A DNA stretch of 64,000 nucleotides from Mobula hypostoma (taxonomy: Eukaryota): contig NC_086097.1 in the NCBI RefSeq assembly GCF_963921235.1, forward strand, positions 162,256,001 through 162,320,000. Reading direction: 5' to 3'. The notes under the pieces were generated by a model. That model ran no database searches. It saw only the letters and a list, made by a program, of their open reading frames with translations, and was not told the DNA's origin. Position 1 is the stretch's first letter, and the number at the start of each line of letters is the position of its first letter. The position numbers and the translations under genes are program-made. Of the stretch, positions 40,420 through 52,081 are shown piece after piece.

Positions 40420-41397
40420 CTACAGATCAAAAAAAAAACTGGAGGGGTAGTTTTCATGGGTTCATTGTCTGTTCAGATAGCTGATGGCAGAGGAGAAGAA
40501 GCTGTTCCTAAAGCATTGAGTGTCTTCAGGCTCCTGTACATCTTCCCTGATGGCAGTAATGGGAAGAGTGCGTTTCCTGGATGGTGACAGCCCTTCATGA
40601 TGGATACTGCCTTCTTGAGAAATCACCTTTTGAAGATGTCCTCATTGGTGGGCATGCGCCTATGATGGCTAAACATACAATCCTCTCAAGCCTCTTACAA
40701 TCTTGTGTATTGGTGCCCCCATACCAGACGGTGATGCAACCAGTCAGAATGCTCTTGCTGTTGTGACGAGAATACACATAAAATTAAGATGTTTGCTGGC
40801 CTGGGTTAGCATCAGTGACATCAGCAAGTGGTCTGCCACCTGTCCTCAGGGGAAGGAGAGATAAGGAACAATGGAGCAGCGTCTGGAGATGTGTAGTGAA
40901 GGGACGGGGGAGAGAGAGCTGTCTGGAGCGGCTCCCCCTTTGAACCCTGAACTGTTTGAAGTGATGGACAGACGATCTGGAGATGTGTAATGAAGGGACG
41001 GGAGAGAGAGAGCTGTCTGGAGCGGCTCCCCCTTTGAACCCTGAACTGTTTGAAGTGATGGACAGGCGATACCCCAGCAGGGGGATAAAAAGGGACAGGT
41101 TCGCTAAGGCAGGACACACGACACCCGAGGTAACGAGACCCTGGAAGCGGTGCGCCTCTCACGAGTCGGTGGGAAGTATCGGACAACGCACAGGGTGGAA
41201 AGGTACTATCAGCGGGAACCCGGTGTGTGTCCGCCCTTGCTTGGGTGCCGGGTTCACTGCAGAGGATCGACCGCATCTGGAGGAGGGGTCACAGTCGGTG
41301 ACCTCAGGTGACATCACCAAGGACCTGCCCGAAAGCTACTTGTGAGCCATATCGCCGGTCTGTGAATGGAAGCCGTTTCTGAATGATCAGTCGTTCC

Positions 41398-41434
<37 letters not shown>

Positions 41435-42780
41435 CCCACGCTGTCCATCGCCATGGCAATGATTACTGCGAACTGAACTAAATTGGACTGAACTTTTGTG
41501 TCACTTTGAAATTTGGTCATTTACCCCTAGACAACGATAGAGCTTGATTGATGCTGTTATCTTAATTCTGTGCACATGTGTGTTTATCATTGCTGAACTG
41601 TTGCATTTATTATCCTTTCGATTACTGTGTTGCTTGTTTCTTTAATAAAACTTTCTTAGTTCTAGTAATCCAGACTCCAACTGAGTGATCCATTTCTGCT
41701 GGTTTGGCAACCCAGTTACGGGGTACGTAACACTGTATACCTGTAGAAATTTTCCAGAGTCTTTGGTGACATACCAAGTCACCTCAAACTCCTAATGAAA
41801 TATAGCCACTGCAATGCCTTCTTCATAATTGTATCAATATGTTAGGCCCAGCATAGATCTTCAGAGATGTTGGGACCCAGGATCTCAAAGCTACATAACC
41901 TTTCCACAGCTGAAACCTCAATGAGAACTGCCTGTGTGTTGTCCCAATCTCCCCTTCCTGAAGTCCATCATCAATTCCTTAGTCTTACTGATGTTGAATG
42001 TGTGGTTTTTGTCCAACACCACTCAACCTGCCACTCTGTCTCACTCCTGTATGCTTCTTTATAACCATCTGAGATTTTGCCAACAATAGTTGTGTCATCA
42101 GTGAAGATACAAGTTAAAACGCTTTCCAATGAAGCATTCTAACTGGTTGCATCGCTGTCTGGTATGGAAGGGCTATGCACAGAATCGGAAAAAGCTGCAG
42201 GAAGTTGTAAACTCAGCCAGCTCCATCATGGACACTAGTCTCCCCAGCATTAATACGTTTAAAAGGTGATGCCTCAAAAAGATGACATCCATCATTAAGG
42301 ACCCCCATCACCCAGGAACGTGAAGACACGTACTCAATGTTTCAGGAACAGTTTCTTCCCCTCCACCATCATATTTCATAACGGGCAATAAATCCATGAA
42401 CACTATCTCACTATTTTTTCCTCTGTTTTTGCACAATTAATTTCATTAAATTTTCTAATATATACTTATTGAGATTTATAGTTTTTATTACGTATTGCAA
42501 TGTACTGCTGCCACAAAATGAGTTTCATGACATATGGTATGCCAGTGATATTAAACCTGATTCTGATTCTGATTTATAAATCACATTTGAGCTCTGCCTA
42601 GCCACACAGTAATAGATGTAGGGGAAGTAAATCAGTGGGCGAGGCACACATCATTGAGTTGCACCTATGTTAATTGTCAGTGAGGAGGAGATTTTATTTC
42701 CGATCTGCACTGACTGTGGTCTCTCAGAGAAGGTGTCAAGGATCCATTTGCAGAAGGAGGTACAGGTACCCAGGCAGAGG
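40420..42780 (-). mobile_element. Rex/Babar-like LINE remnant, split by solo LTR B and a plus-strand Rex fragment (about 42120-42570)
   Basis: SILTGCITVWYG (ORF 40595-40777) continues across the LTR into TLENFYR-type sequence after 41733. Confidence 0.7.
40762..41732 (+). mobile_element. Solo LTR (971 bp), copy B, in Ly6 gene intron 1
   Basis: TG...CA termini and a perfect 4-bp TSD CTGT (40758-40761 and 41733-41736). GATAAAA at about 41084, AATAAA at about 41644, internal (TC)n. Confidence 0.92.
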
Positions 42781-44025
42781 AGCAGGCTTTGAATTTTGCC
42801 ACTGATGTATTAGGCTCTTCTCTTACCTAGGTACTTTCTGCCAAAATACTGATCAAAATAGTTGATGACTTTTCTGCTTATTTCGTAGGATACATTCCTA
42901 AAACATCTTTCTTCAAACGTATATTTTTAAATGGTAAAAAATAATCTTACTTACCAAGGAAAGCAAAGTGGAGAATAGAAAATATATGAATTCAGATACT
43001 ATACAGGTAAAAGCAGAATAATATAGTAGTTTTTACTCAAGATACTCAAAATTGCTCCACCCTAGTATACCAATTTATGTTTTATGTTCCCTATATTTTC
43101 ATAGTGTAGTCTTTTAGAATTAGATTAGCAATTTGGGGACAATATTTATTAATTTTAGTGAAATGGGAATTGTTAGGACAAATCAGATTGATTACTTTCA
43201 GTGAAAAGAAGTAGGGAAATATAAACTGATTGTTGTCAACCTCTAAGAAATAGAATAGATCACGTCTTGGATTAAAATATACAAAACTGCTGCTGCAGTT
43301 ACATTGGTTAATCAACCAATTTAGTTTAATAAGTGGGTATTTGATTGTACACGTTAATTTAATACAAACATCTAAAACTATCTAAATTTCACTAAATGTT
43401 CATGTTTACATTTTGTATAAAAGGCACAAAGCATGGTTAAAAAATAAATTCTGCTACTTTCGAACTTGAAGTGAAATTCAATCTCAAAGTCTTTAATGGA
43501 TCGGATCACTGGGTTTTAAATCATGGGATATATTTTGCTCCACTATTTTTAGTGAAAGAAGACACGAGTGTTCGTGCCTGTGTCTTGTCCTCATAAACAC
43601 ATCCATGTTTATCTAAAAAATATTTAATAAAATATATCTTATATTTTATATGGTGTTACTTCAACAAGCCCCAAAGAGCTCCTTCTGTCATAAATCCAGG
43701 AGTAAAATGTTAAATTCCAAATATTGAATATTTATATTAGCATTTGACATGTACAGTGAAGTGACTCAAGAGATTCAGAAGCACTGGTGTTTACTAAGTT
43801 TTTAAGACGTTGGAATGTTACACTTGGAGTCTTTCAATCCTTATATTAAGGATAATAAAGTATAAAGTATATTAAATTCACAAATTACTGAGAAAAAGTA
43901 AACCCCTTTGGAGAAAAAGAGGGAATTCCTGAAAAGCTATGAAATATATTATTGATTTTTAAATTCTTAAGCATGACAAGAATGACATTGAATTTAAGAC
44001 AAAATTTTTTTAAAAAAACAATTAC

Positions 44026-44077
44026 CTGTACTTATGCCGAGGCAAATGGCAAACAGAAGAAGCAGAACAACCTTCAT
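44026..44077 (-). CDS. Ly6/uPAR (PSCA-like) protein, exon 1 (52 nt, signal peptide)
   Basis: AAAATGAAG start. Encodes MKVVLLLLFAICLGIST plus one G, then a GTAATT donor. Phase 1 joins exon 2 in frame. Total 387 nt, i.e. 128 aa plus stop. Confidence 0.88.
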
Positions 44078-44121
44078 TTTGCCTCACAGTTTGCGGAAGA
44101 CCTCGTGGAAAGATGAATGTC

Positions 44122-44130
44122 CCTTATAAA
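44122..44130 (-). promoter_or_regulatory. Candidate TATA box of the Ly6 gene
   Basis: TTTATAAGG on minus, about 45-50 nt upstream of the ATG. Confidence 0.5.
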
Positions 44131-44369
44131 TGTTAGGAGGAAGTATTATTGGTAATTGTTGCTATGTGATTAGGATCAATTTTCATGACTAGAACTACTA
44201 AGCCATTTTAATGGCATAAACATGCTTAACAATGCTGGTTTTTCATTGCCTAGATATTAATCTTTCACTGTAATACACAGCAGGTGCTGTAAGATTTCGC
44301 CAATTGATGTGAATGTCAGTATATTGCATTTTGAATTTGACCATTTAGGTAAAAATCTATCAATGTTGT

Positions 44370-45062
44370 TCATAAAGTAATGTATACAGTATAGTCCAAC
44401 ATAGGTAACCCACCCACCACTGAGCACATCTACATGAAGCATTGTTGCAAGAAGGCAGCATCCATCATCAGGGACCACCACCACCCAGGACATGATTTCT
44501 TTTCACTGCTGCCAAAAGGAAGAAGGTACAGAAGCCTCAGGACTCACACCACCAGGTTCGGGAACAATTATTACCCCTCAACCTTCAGGCTCTTTCACCA
44601 AATGGGTCACTTCACTGGCCCCATCATTGAAATGTTCCCACAACCTATGGACTCACTTTCAAGGACGCTTCATCTCATGTTCTCAAAATTTATTGCGTAT
44701 TTATTCATTATTATTTGTTTTCTTTTTGTAGTTGTACACTGGTTGAAGGCTAACAAATGGCTTAACACGAGGGGGCATAGTTTTAAGTTGCTTGGAAGTA
44801 GGTACAAGGGGGATGTTAGAGGTAAGTTTTTCACACAGAGAGTGGTGGGTGCGTGGAATGCACTGCCAGCGAAAGTGGTAGAGGCAGATACAATAGGGTC
44901 TTTTAAGAGCCTCTTAGATAGGTCCATGGAACCTAGAAAAATAGAGGGCTATGCAGTAGGGAAATTCTAGGCAACTTCCAGAGTAAGTTACATGGTTGGC
45001 ACAACATTGTGGGCCAAAGGGCCTGTAATGTGCTGTAGATTTTCTATGTTCTATGTTCTATG
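44370..45062 (+). mobile_element. Rex-like 3' fragment followed by a CR1 3' end (44755-45062)
   Basis: ORF 44434-44970 is a chimera: IIRDHHHPGH..RRYRSLRT, then RGHSFKL..FFTQRVVGAWN. TTCTATG tail. Confidence 0.85.
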
Positions 45063-46289
45063 AAGGCCCAAGTTGGTGCAGTCTTTCAATAATTTCTAAC
45101 CATTTACCTTTCAGTACATGAAGGAAGATGGGGTGTCCAGGGAGGGATAGCCCTTCCGCTGAAGGGGATTCTTGTGTCCATTCTGGGGCAGCTTGCTCAC
45201 CTTTGTTTTCCACCAGACACACAGCTCTCACCTATGGCACCAAGTAGCTGTTTGCATGCGACAGTAGCCCCAATCCAGTACACCACTTCGACAGGTGGGA
45301 TAAAGAGGGTGCGGGTAGATGGAAGCCTCATACCCCTATGAGATGAGGACATACCTGTCTTAGCATGCAAAGTCAGCTCCAGCAGACTGGGCGGATGAGA
45401 TCTATAGTGAGAGCCAACAGCCTGGAAGGTGACTCTACAACGCTCCATGGAAAGCAAAGGGCACGACAGGGCACAAATGAGGTTAATTCACTGCAATCAA
45501 CGAAGACCCCAGCTGTGTCATTTGATCAAACCAATTGTCCCAGATTTCTGAGTTTGAGAGAGTGGAACTGTTCTAATACAATGGCATAACCACTTCAAAA
45601 AACTCTCCCGCACAAGTTTCCTGTCATCATTGGACATGATGGAAACCACCACCTGGAGAATTTGTATTTATCTAGTGCCTCCTATTAAGAATATCCTATC
45701 AAGAGGTATTCTTTATACTTCACAGGAAAATGTTTTGTGAAATTTATATACACCAAAACTGAAAATACCACAAATTACATGAGCGATCAGTAGTAATTTG
45801 TAGTAATTTATCACTTCTAATTCAGTAAAGCACTCCAAGGTACTTCATAGGAATGACAACAAACAAAATTTAACACAAGGCCATGGAAGGAGATATAGAC
45901 CTGATGCAAGGTTTCAAACCGAAACTTTGACAATTCCTTTCCTCTTACAGATGCTACTTGACCTGCTGAGTTTCTCCAGCAGATTGTTTGTTGCTCCATA
46001 TTCGGTAGTATGTAGACTGTAGCATTCTCAAAGTTCTTAGTAGCACTGAAACTATGAAGAAACCAACATGGAATCACATGAAGCAGGAGTAGGTCACTCA
46101 GACTTTCCAACCTTTTTCGCCATTTAGTAAGATTGTGGCTGAACCCTTTGTAACATTAACTCTGCATTCTCATCTCCCTAAGGTAATACTTCACCCCACT
46201 TTCCCAAAATAATATGGATAATTAAATCTGGGAACAAATAAATATCAAAGAGAGAAGAACTTTTCTTTAAAGTGCTATTGAAATGTACA

Positions 46290-46835
46290 TAAGTATCAAA
46301 GTCAGTAAGTCATGTAGCAGCTGTAGAAACCTTTGCTTCGGCCACATTTGGAATACTCTGTGCAGTTCTGGTTGCCACTTTACAGGAAGGATGTGATGGC
46401 TTTGGAGAGGCTGCAGAATGTGGTCTGGATCAGAGATTACAAGCTATCTGGAGAGGTTAGATAAACTTACTCTGGAGCATCAGAAGCTGAGGGATGATCT
46501 GATAGAAGACTACACAAATATGAGAGGAATAGATGAAGTTAGTCTTTTCCCAGGGTGGAAGTGTTACATGCTAGAGGACACAGCTTTAAGGTGAGGGGAA
46601 AGTTTAAAGAGAACTATGAGGCAAGTTATGTTTTTTTTTCAGATACTGTTAGGTGCTGGGAATGGGCTGCCATGGGAAATGTCAGAACGTATAAGAGCAT
46701 TTAAGAAGCATTTAGACAGACATATGAATAGACGAGGAACGGAAGGATACTGACCATCTGCAGGCAGATGGGATTAGTTTGAGATTGGCATCATTTTAGC
46801 ACGGACATTATGCTGATGGGCCTGTTTCTATGTTC
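46290..46835 (+). mobile_element. Old CR1 3' fragment
   Basis: RPHLEYSVQFWLPLYRKD-type sequence and CR1 3' UTR. Confidence 0.75.
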
Positions 46836-47544
46836 TGAATAACCTTCTTTAATGAACTGCTTAAGGTCAATTTCAGCTCTGCATTCATACGTTTTGCTGA
46901 TTTGTCTGTCAGCAAAAAAAAAGTTGATTTTCCAAATGGAGCCATTTTTACATTGTAAAAGTGGGCCATGTTTTCAGGTTTGTGGACATGATTCGCAGTA
47001 CTACCCCAGGACAAAGCAAAACTTCTCGTCCAGCTCTGGGTAAATGAAATTTGAGGAGTGGTCACCTGAATCACAATCAGGGATAGCTGAAGCAGCTGCG
47101 TATTCAAATAGACAGGCAGAGGAGGGATTTTCTGGCAGCACTTGAGGGTTTAGTGTCGGGAGTGAGAAGGGTTACACATTAGCATTCTATAGTGACATTC
47201 TTAGTTCTATTCCTGAAGGCAGCATTCTTGGCTTTTGTGATGAGAAAAAATAATTTTAGAAACTGTTTTGCATCTTTTAACCGATTTTGGCAATGGTGAA
47301 CTTTTGAAGATGAAGTGTAGTTTTGATAGTTTATCTTTCAAACTTCTAGCTGAGATTGTCACTAACGTACTCCATAGTGAAACAGGGTTGCGGCCTCCTC
47401 TACATTGGAGGTATCAAACATAGACTTATTTATGTTGTAATTTACTTTTGTAATTTATAGTAATTGTATGTATTTGCACTACAAAACAACAAATGCCATG
47501 TCATATAAATCAGTGGTAATAAATCTGATCACAAACAACAGACC

Positions 47545-49170
47545 CAATCAGTTCCTCTCCACCACTACTCTCCTCATCTGGGAGAACTTGGCCTCACTCT
47601 CAATAATTTCTCCTTTGGTCTTCCCATTTCTTTCAAACAAAAGGTGCAGCTACAGGTGCTCACATGGGTCCCAGCTATGCCTGCCTTTTTGTCAGCTACG
47701 TGAAACAGTCTATATTCCAAGCCTTCACTGCTGCTATCCCCCCATCTATTCCTACGCTACATCGATGACCTCATTGGTGCTGCTTCCTGCATCCGTGTGA
47801 AGCTCGTCGACTTAGTCAACTTTGCCTCCAACTTCTACCCTGACTTCAAATTTACCTAGTCCATTGCTGACACCTCCCTCCTCTTTCTCAATCTCTTTGG
47901 CTCTATCTCTGGAGACAGCTTATCTATTGATGTCTATTATAAACTCACTGACTCTCACAGCAAGCTGGACTATATCTCACCCGATTGCTTGTAAAAACAC
48001 CATCTCCTTCTCTCAATTCCTCTGTCTTCACCGCTTTTGCTCTCAGGATGAGGCTTTTCATTCCAAAACGAAAATGTCTTCCTTCTTCCAAGAAAGGTGC
48101 TTCTCTTCCTCCACCATCAACACTGCCCTCAACTGCATCTCTTTCATTTCACGCACATCTGCCCTCACCCCATCATCCTGCCAACCCACTAGGAATAGGG
48201 TTCCTCTTATCCTCAGCTATCACCCCACCAGCCTCCACATCCAGCACATAATTCTCTGTAACTTCCGCATCTCCAATAGGGTCCCACCACCAAGCACATC
48301 TTTTCCTCCCACCCCACTTTATGCTTTCCACAGCAATCACTCCCTATGTGATTCCCTTGTCCATTCATCCCTCCCCACTGATCTCCCTCCTGGTGCTTCT
48401 TCCTGCACACAGAACAAGTGCTACACCTGTCCCTACACCTCCTACCTCAGTACCATTCAGGGCCCCAAACAGTTCTTCCAGGTGAGGCAATACTTCACCT
48501 CTGAGTCTGTTGGGGGTCATCTACTGCATCTGGTGCTCCCAGGGTGGCCTCCTCTATATTGGTGTGACCCGACATAGATTGGGAGACCACTTTACCAAGC
48601 ACTTACACTCCGTCCAGCAGAAAAAGTGGGATCTCCCAATGGCCACCCATTTTAATTCCACTTCCCATTCCCATTCTGACATGTCAACCCATGGCCTCTT
48701 CTACTGTCGTGGTGAGGCCACACTCAGGTTGGAGGAGCAACACCTTATATTCTTTCTGGATAGCCTCCAACCTGATGGCATGAACATCAATTTCTCACAC
48801 TTCCGTTAATGTCTTTCCCCCGCTCCCCCACCTTCACCATTACCCAATTCCCTCTCTTACCTTATCTCTTATACCTGCCCATCACCTCCCTCTGGTGCTC
48901 CTCCCCCTTTTCCTTCTTCCATGGCCTTCTGCCCTCCCTCATCAGATTCCCCCTGTCTCCAGCCCTGTATCTCTTTCACCAATCAACTTCCCACCTCTTT
49001 ACTTCATCCCTCCCCCTCCCGGCTTCACCTATCACCTTCTTATTCTGAATCCTCATCTTTTTCTCTCCAGTCCTGTTGAAGGGTCTCAGCCCAAAACGTT
49101 AACTGCACTCTTTTCCATAGTTGCTGTCTGGCCTGCTGAGTACCTCCAGCATTTTGTGTGTGTTGTCTGT
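47545..49170 (+). mobile_element. Penelope-like element (RT C-terminus, GIY-YIG, pseudo-LTR)
   Basis: FLRYIDD-type RT motif at about 47750-47770. VIYCIWCSQGGLLYIGVT..RLGDHF (48510-48809). Degenerate hammerhead at 49068-49105. Confidence 0.9.
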
Positions 49171-50039
49171 GATAATAAATCTGAATCTGATTCTGGAAGA
49201 CTAGGCGATCTTGAGTGCATGTCATTTTAACTCTCCTACCCATTCCCACTGACCTGTCTGTACTCAGCCTACTTCATTGCTAAGGAGAGGCCAAACACAG
49301 AATGGAAAAACAATATTTCATACATATTCTGCTTCAGTAGCTTACAACCCAATAGTATGAACACCAAATTCTCCAGTTTCAGAAAGCCCACAGCATCACT
49401 GTTCTCCCGCACACGTACAGCTGTCCAAATAGGTTTCTTCTCCTTTTGTTCATTTTTCCCATCCCATTCCTTCCTCCTGTTCCATCCCCGGTTCCATTTG
49501 CTTGTCACCCACTCCTCATCTGGTTCCATCTATAGGCTGTCTGCCGCTAAAAAAAAAATTTCATTTGCTAAATGAGGAAGTTTATGCATCGTGTTGTAGT
49601 TACAGATGCTATTCTTGTTGGTATTAAGTATAAAATTAGGGGGTAATTCAATATTCAGACTAAATTTTATGCTTTAATTTATAAGCTGCATACTTTGCTT
49701 TCTTCAGGCCCTCAACACTGTGTCTCCCACATCAAACTAATAACTTGTATTATATGTTAGAGACAACCTGTTCATTGTTTAGTCAGAGTTATCATAACAG
49801 GTACAAGTCAATTTCCTGTTATGGAGTTTGAGAGCATTTCACAACAAAGAAAATGAATGGAGTAATTAGAGTCCAATTACTCTAATGTATGTGGGGGTAA
49901 ATTTTTTAAAAGATTGTGAAAATAACAATCACAATTTTGAAAAGTATCAATAGAGGATAGTAAGGAATTATTAAGAGAAGATTCAACCAGATGAAATTGA
50001 TTGAATCACAGGGAAGGTTGATGAGTCTGCTATGTTTCA

Positions 50040-51045
50040 TGCACTGAGAGATTACAAAAACAATTCTAACTGAAGCACAATTTACATCTAAAAGAGCAGT
50101 TGAAATTGCTGTATCAATGAAAACAGCAGAGAGACACACAATTGAGTAGCAGACAGGAATGAAAGTGTGTGTGAACAAAATTGCAATGTCTAAGCAGAAA
50201 CCTGCCTGGCCAAACAAATTGTATTACTGTTGTGGCAGGGGCTCGCATTCAACAGATCAATGCAGATTTAAGGGTGAAATTTGCAGAAAATACAACAAAG
50301 TAGAACACAAAAGGAAAGACAACAACTGGGCTGCAAGATGAAGACAGGAGGGTATGGAACTCAGGGGGGTGTATCTGGGACACCAGGTAGCACTGTTGAG
50401 CCCTCTAGAGACGTGGGCTTATCAACGAAACGTCAAAGAAGGAGGGTGCCCACCTGATAACGTACCTACCCTCCCTCACTCCAAACCCACTGACAACATC
50501 AGGAGTGCCAACTTACCATAGGGATTGAAACATCAAGTTCCAGTAGCTCTACTAACACATGCACACAGCATGGCCAGCAGATAAAAATAAATGGACTGCA
50601 TAGAGAAGAGAAAAAAATTAAAAGTCAAGTTGCAGTTTCAAAAATGGTATTAAACTGCACACTGTTAATTTAAAAAATCTGATAATGATGAGAGGGATAC
50701 AGAACTATATAGCCTTGAGATTTACAATGTGAATACTAGCAATAGACAAGCAATATGGTTATACCAGAAGTGAACCAGAAATTAATTAAAATGGAAATGG
50801 ACACTTGCTCAGTTGTTTCAGTCATTCCAACAAAATGAGTTTGAACATCATTTCAAAGATTTCAAACTGAAGCCTGTAGACATCCAACTAAAAACTTATA
50901 CTGAAGAACAGAAGCTCCTGTGAGACATTCGTAACAATACAACCAACAAGCGACATTGAGCTTATATGTGGTAAAAACAGAAGGAACAGCATTGTGGGGG
51001 TGTGACTGGCTGAGACAACTACAACTTGATTGAGATTCTTCCACA
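50040..51045 (+). mobile_element. Gypsy gag/protease remnant
   Basis: LTEAQFTSKRAVEIAVSM, degenerate zinc knuckles (CCGRGSHSTDQC..CRKYNKVEH) and protease-like IKMEMDTCSVVSVIP at about 50785-50830. Confidence 0.8.
50310..50553 (+). mobile_element. 5'-truncated Hero-like retrotransposon 3' end, divergent subfamily
   Basis: Encodes KRKDNNWAAR*, compared with KRKDSIWAPK* ending the long Hero-like ORF. Shared 3' UTR block. Flanked by AACACA at 50304-50309 and 50554-50559. Confidence 0.8.
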
Positions 51046-51944
51046 ATGTCTATCTTTGATATCTCATTTTTTCCTTTTCAGGATGTAAGGGGTTCTTTTG
51101 AAGATCCTAACCTGGAATTACACTCTGAATTCGGTACCTTGCGGGAATGGGATCCACTCTCAAGACCTCACAACCAGCCGCTTTTTGTTATCCCAAGGAT
51201 GCAGCCTGGAAGACAAGCATGCCTTCAGGATTTCAGGATTTCATGGCTCTGGGAACATGCTAATTCTAGGCCAGTGCACCTGACTGAAGCATCATGGGAG
51301 AACACGGAACACTGGGAGCAGCAAGTTAGCTGCCAGGGTTTGTTTGCCCAGAGAGTGCCAACCCTCCGGGCGCAGAGCTTGGAAAAAACACACAGACTTT
51401 TAACGTCATAAATCAGCGAGTTGTTTTGTTATGTCTCCCCTCGTGCTGTGAAATGGAGACGCCTCTTTTTCACTTATTAGGAAGAGAGAGAGCCTGTGGC
51501 ATGTCAAATTACTGAGACATTATTAGATTTTGGAGTTCGAGTCTGTGCCTTTACTGAAGCTTTGCTGCATGCTTGAGTGCTCGGTGGAAGGTGCTGATGC
51601 TTTTTTTCTGGTGAGAGTGGGGGGGGGAGGTGGTTGTTTGCTGCTGCTTGTGCATGGGAGGGAGAGTCGGGGGGGGTATTTGAGGTTTTAACTGTCATTC
51701 ATTCTTTGGGGCACTCCTCTGCTTTTGTGATGTCTGTGAAGAAAAAGAATTTTGGGATGTATATTGTATACATGAACATTCCCCAAGAGAGGCCAAGACA
51801 GGTGTTGATGTCAGCTCTGTGTCCCTTACTGCAAAGCATATTCGACCAAGGAAGGACCATGCTGCTCAGAGGAATTGCGAAAGTGAAGAAATCAGTGGTC
51901 TGACTACAACAGTTTTTGTAGGCAACATATCTGAGAAAGCTTCT

Positions 51945-52081
51945 CAAACAACAGGAATTCTGCAGATGCTGGAATTTCAAGCAACACACATCAAAGTTGC
52001 TGGTGAACACAGCAAGCCAGGCAGCATCTCTAGGAAGAGGTACAGTCGACGTTTCAGGCCGAGACCCTTCGTCAGGACTGG
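51945..52081 (-). mobile_element. 137-bp Penelope pseudo-LTR mini-element with a 10-bp TSD
   Basis: TSD GAAAGCTTCT at 51935-51944 and 52082-52091. Sequence matches the pseudo-LTR tail of the Penelope copies. Confidence 0.92.
52043..52080 (-). ncRNA. Minimal type I hammerhead ribozyme motif with intact core
   Basis: CAGUC-CUGACGA-AGG(GUCUCGG)CCU-GAAAC-GUC-GACUG: stem I, CUGANGA, stem II, GAAAC and a GUC cleavage triplet. Stem III is reduced, as in Penelope-associated hammerheads. Confidence 0.8.

Noticed and set aside
29752..44077. Secreted three-finger toxin, or a firm PSCA gene symbol
   Set aside because: The hydrophobic C-terminal tail indicates GPI anchoring rather than secretion, and orthology within Ly6 cannot be assigned by eye.
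45120..45655. Possible structured ncRNA or exon (similar case at 7620-7965)
   Set aside because: It looks like RTE-related non-autonomous repeat sequence, with no splice-consistent ORF or RNA family motif. Too uncertain to list as a feature.
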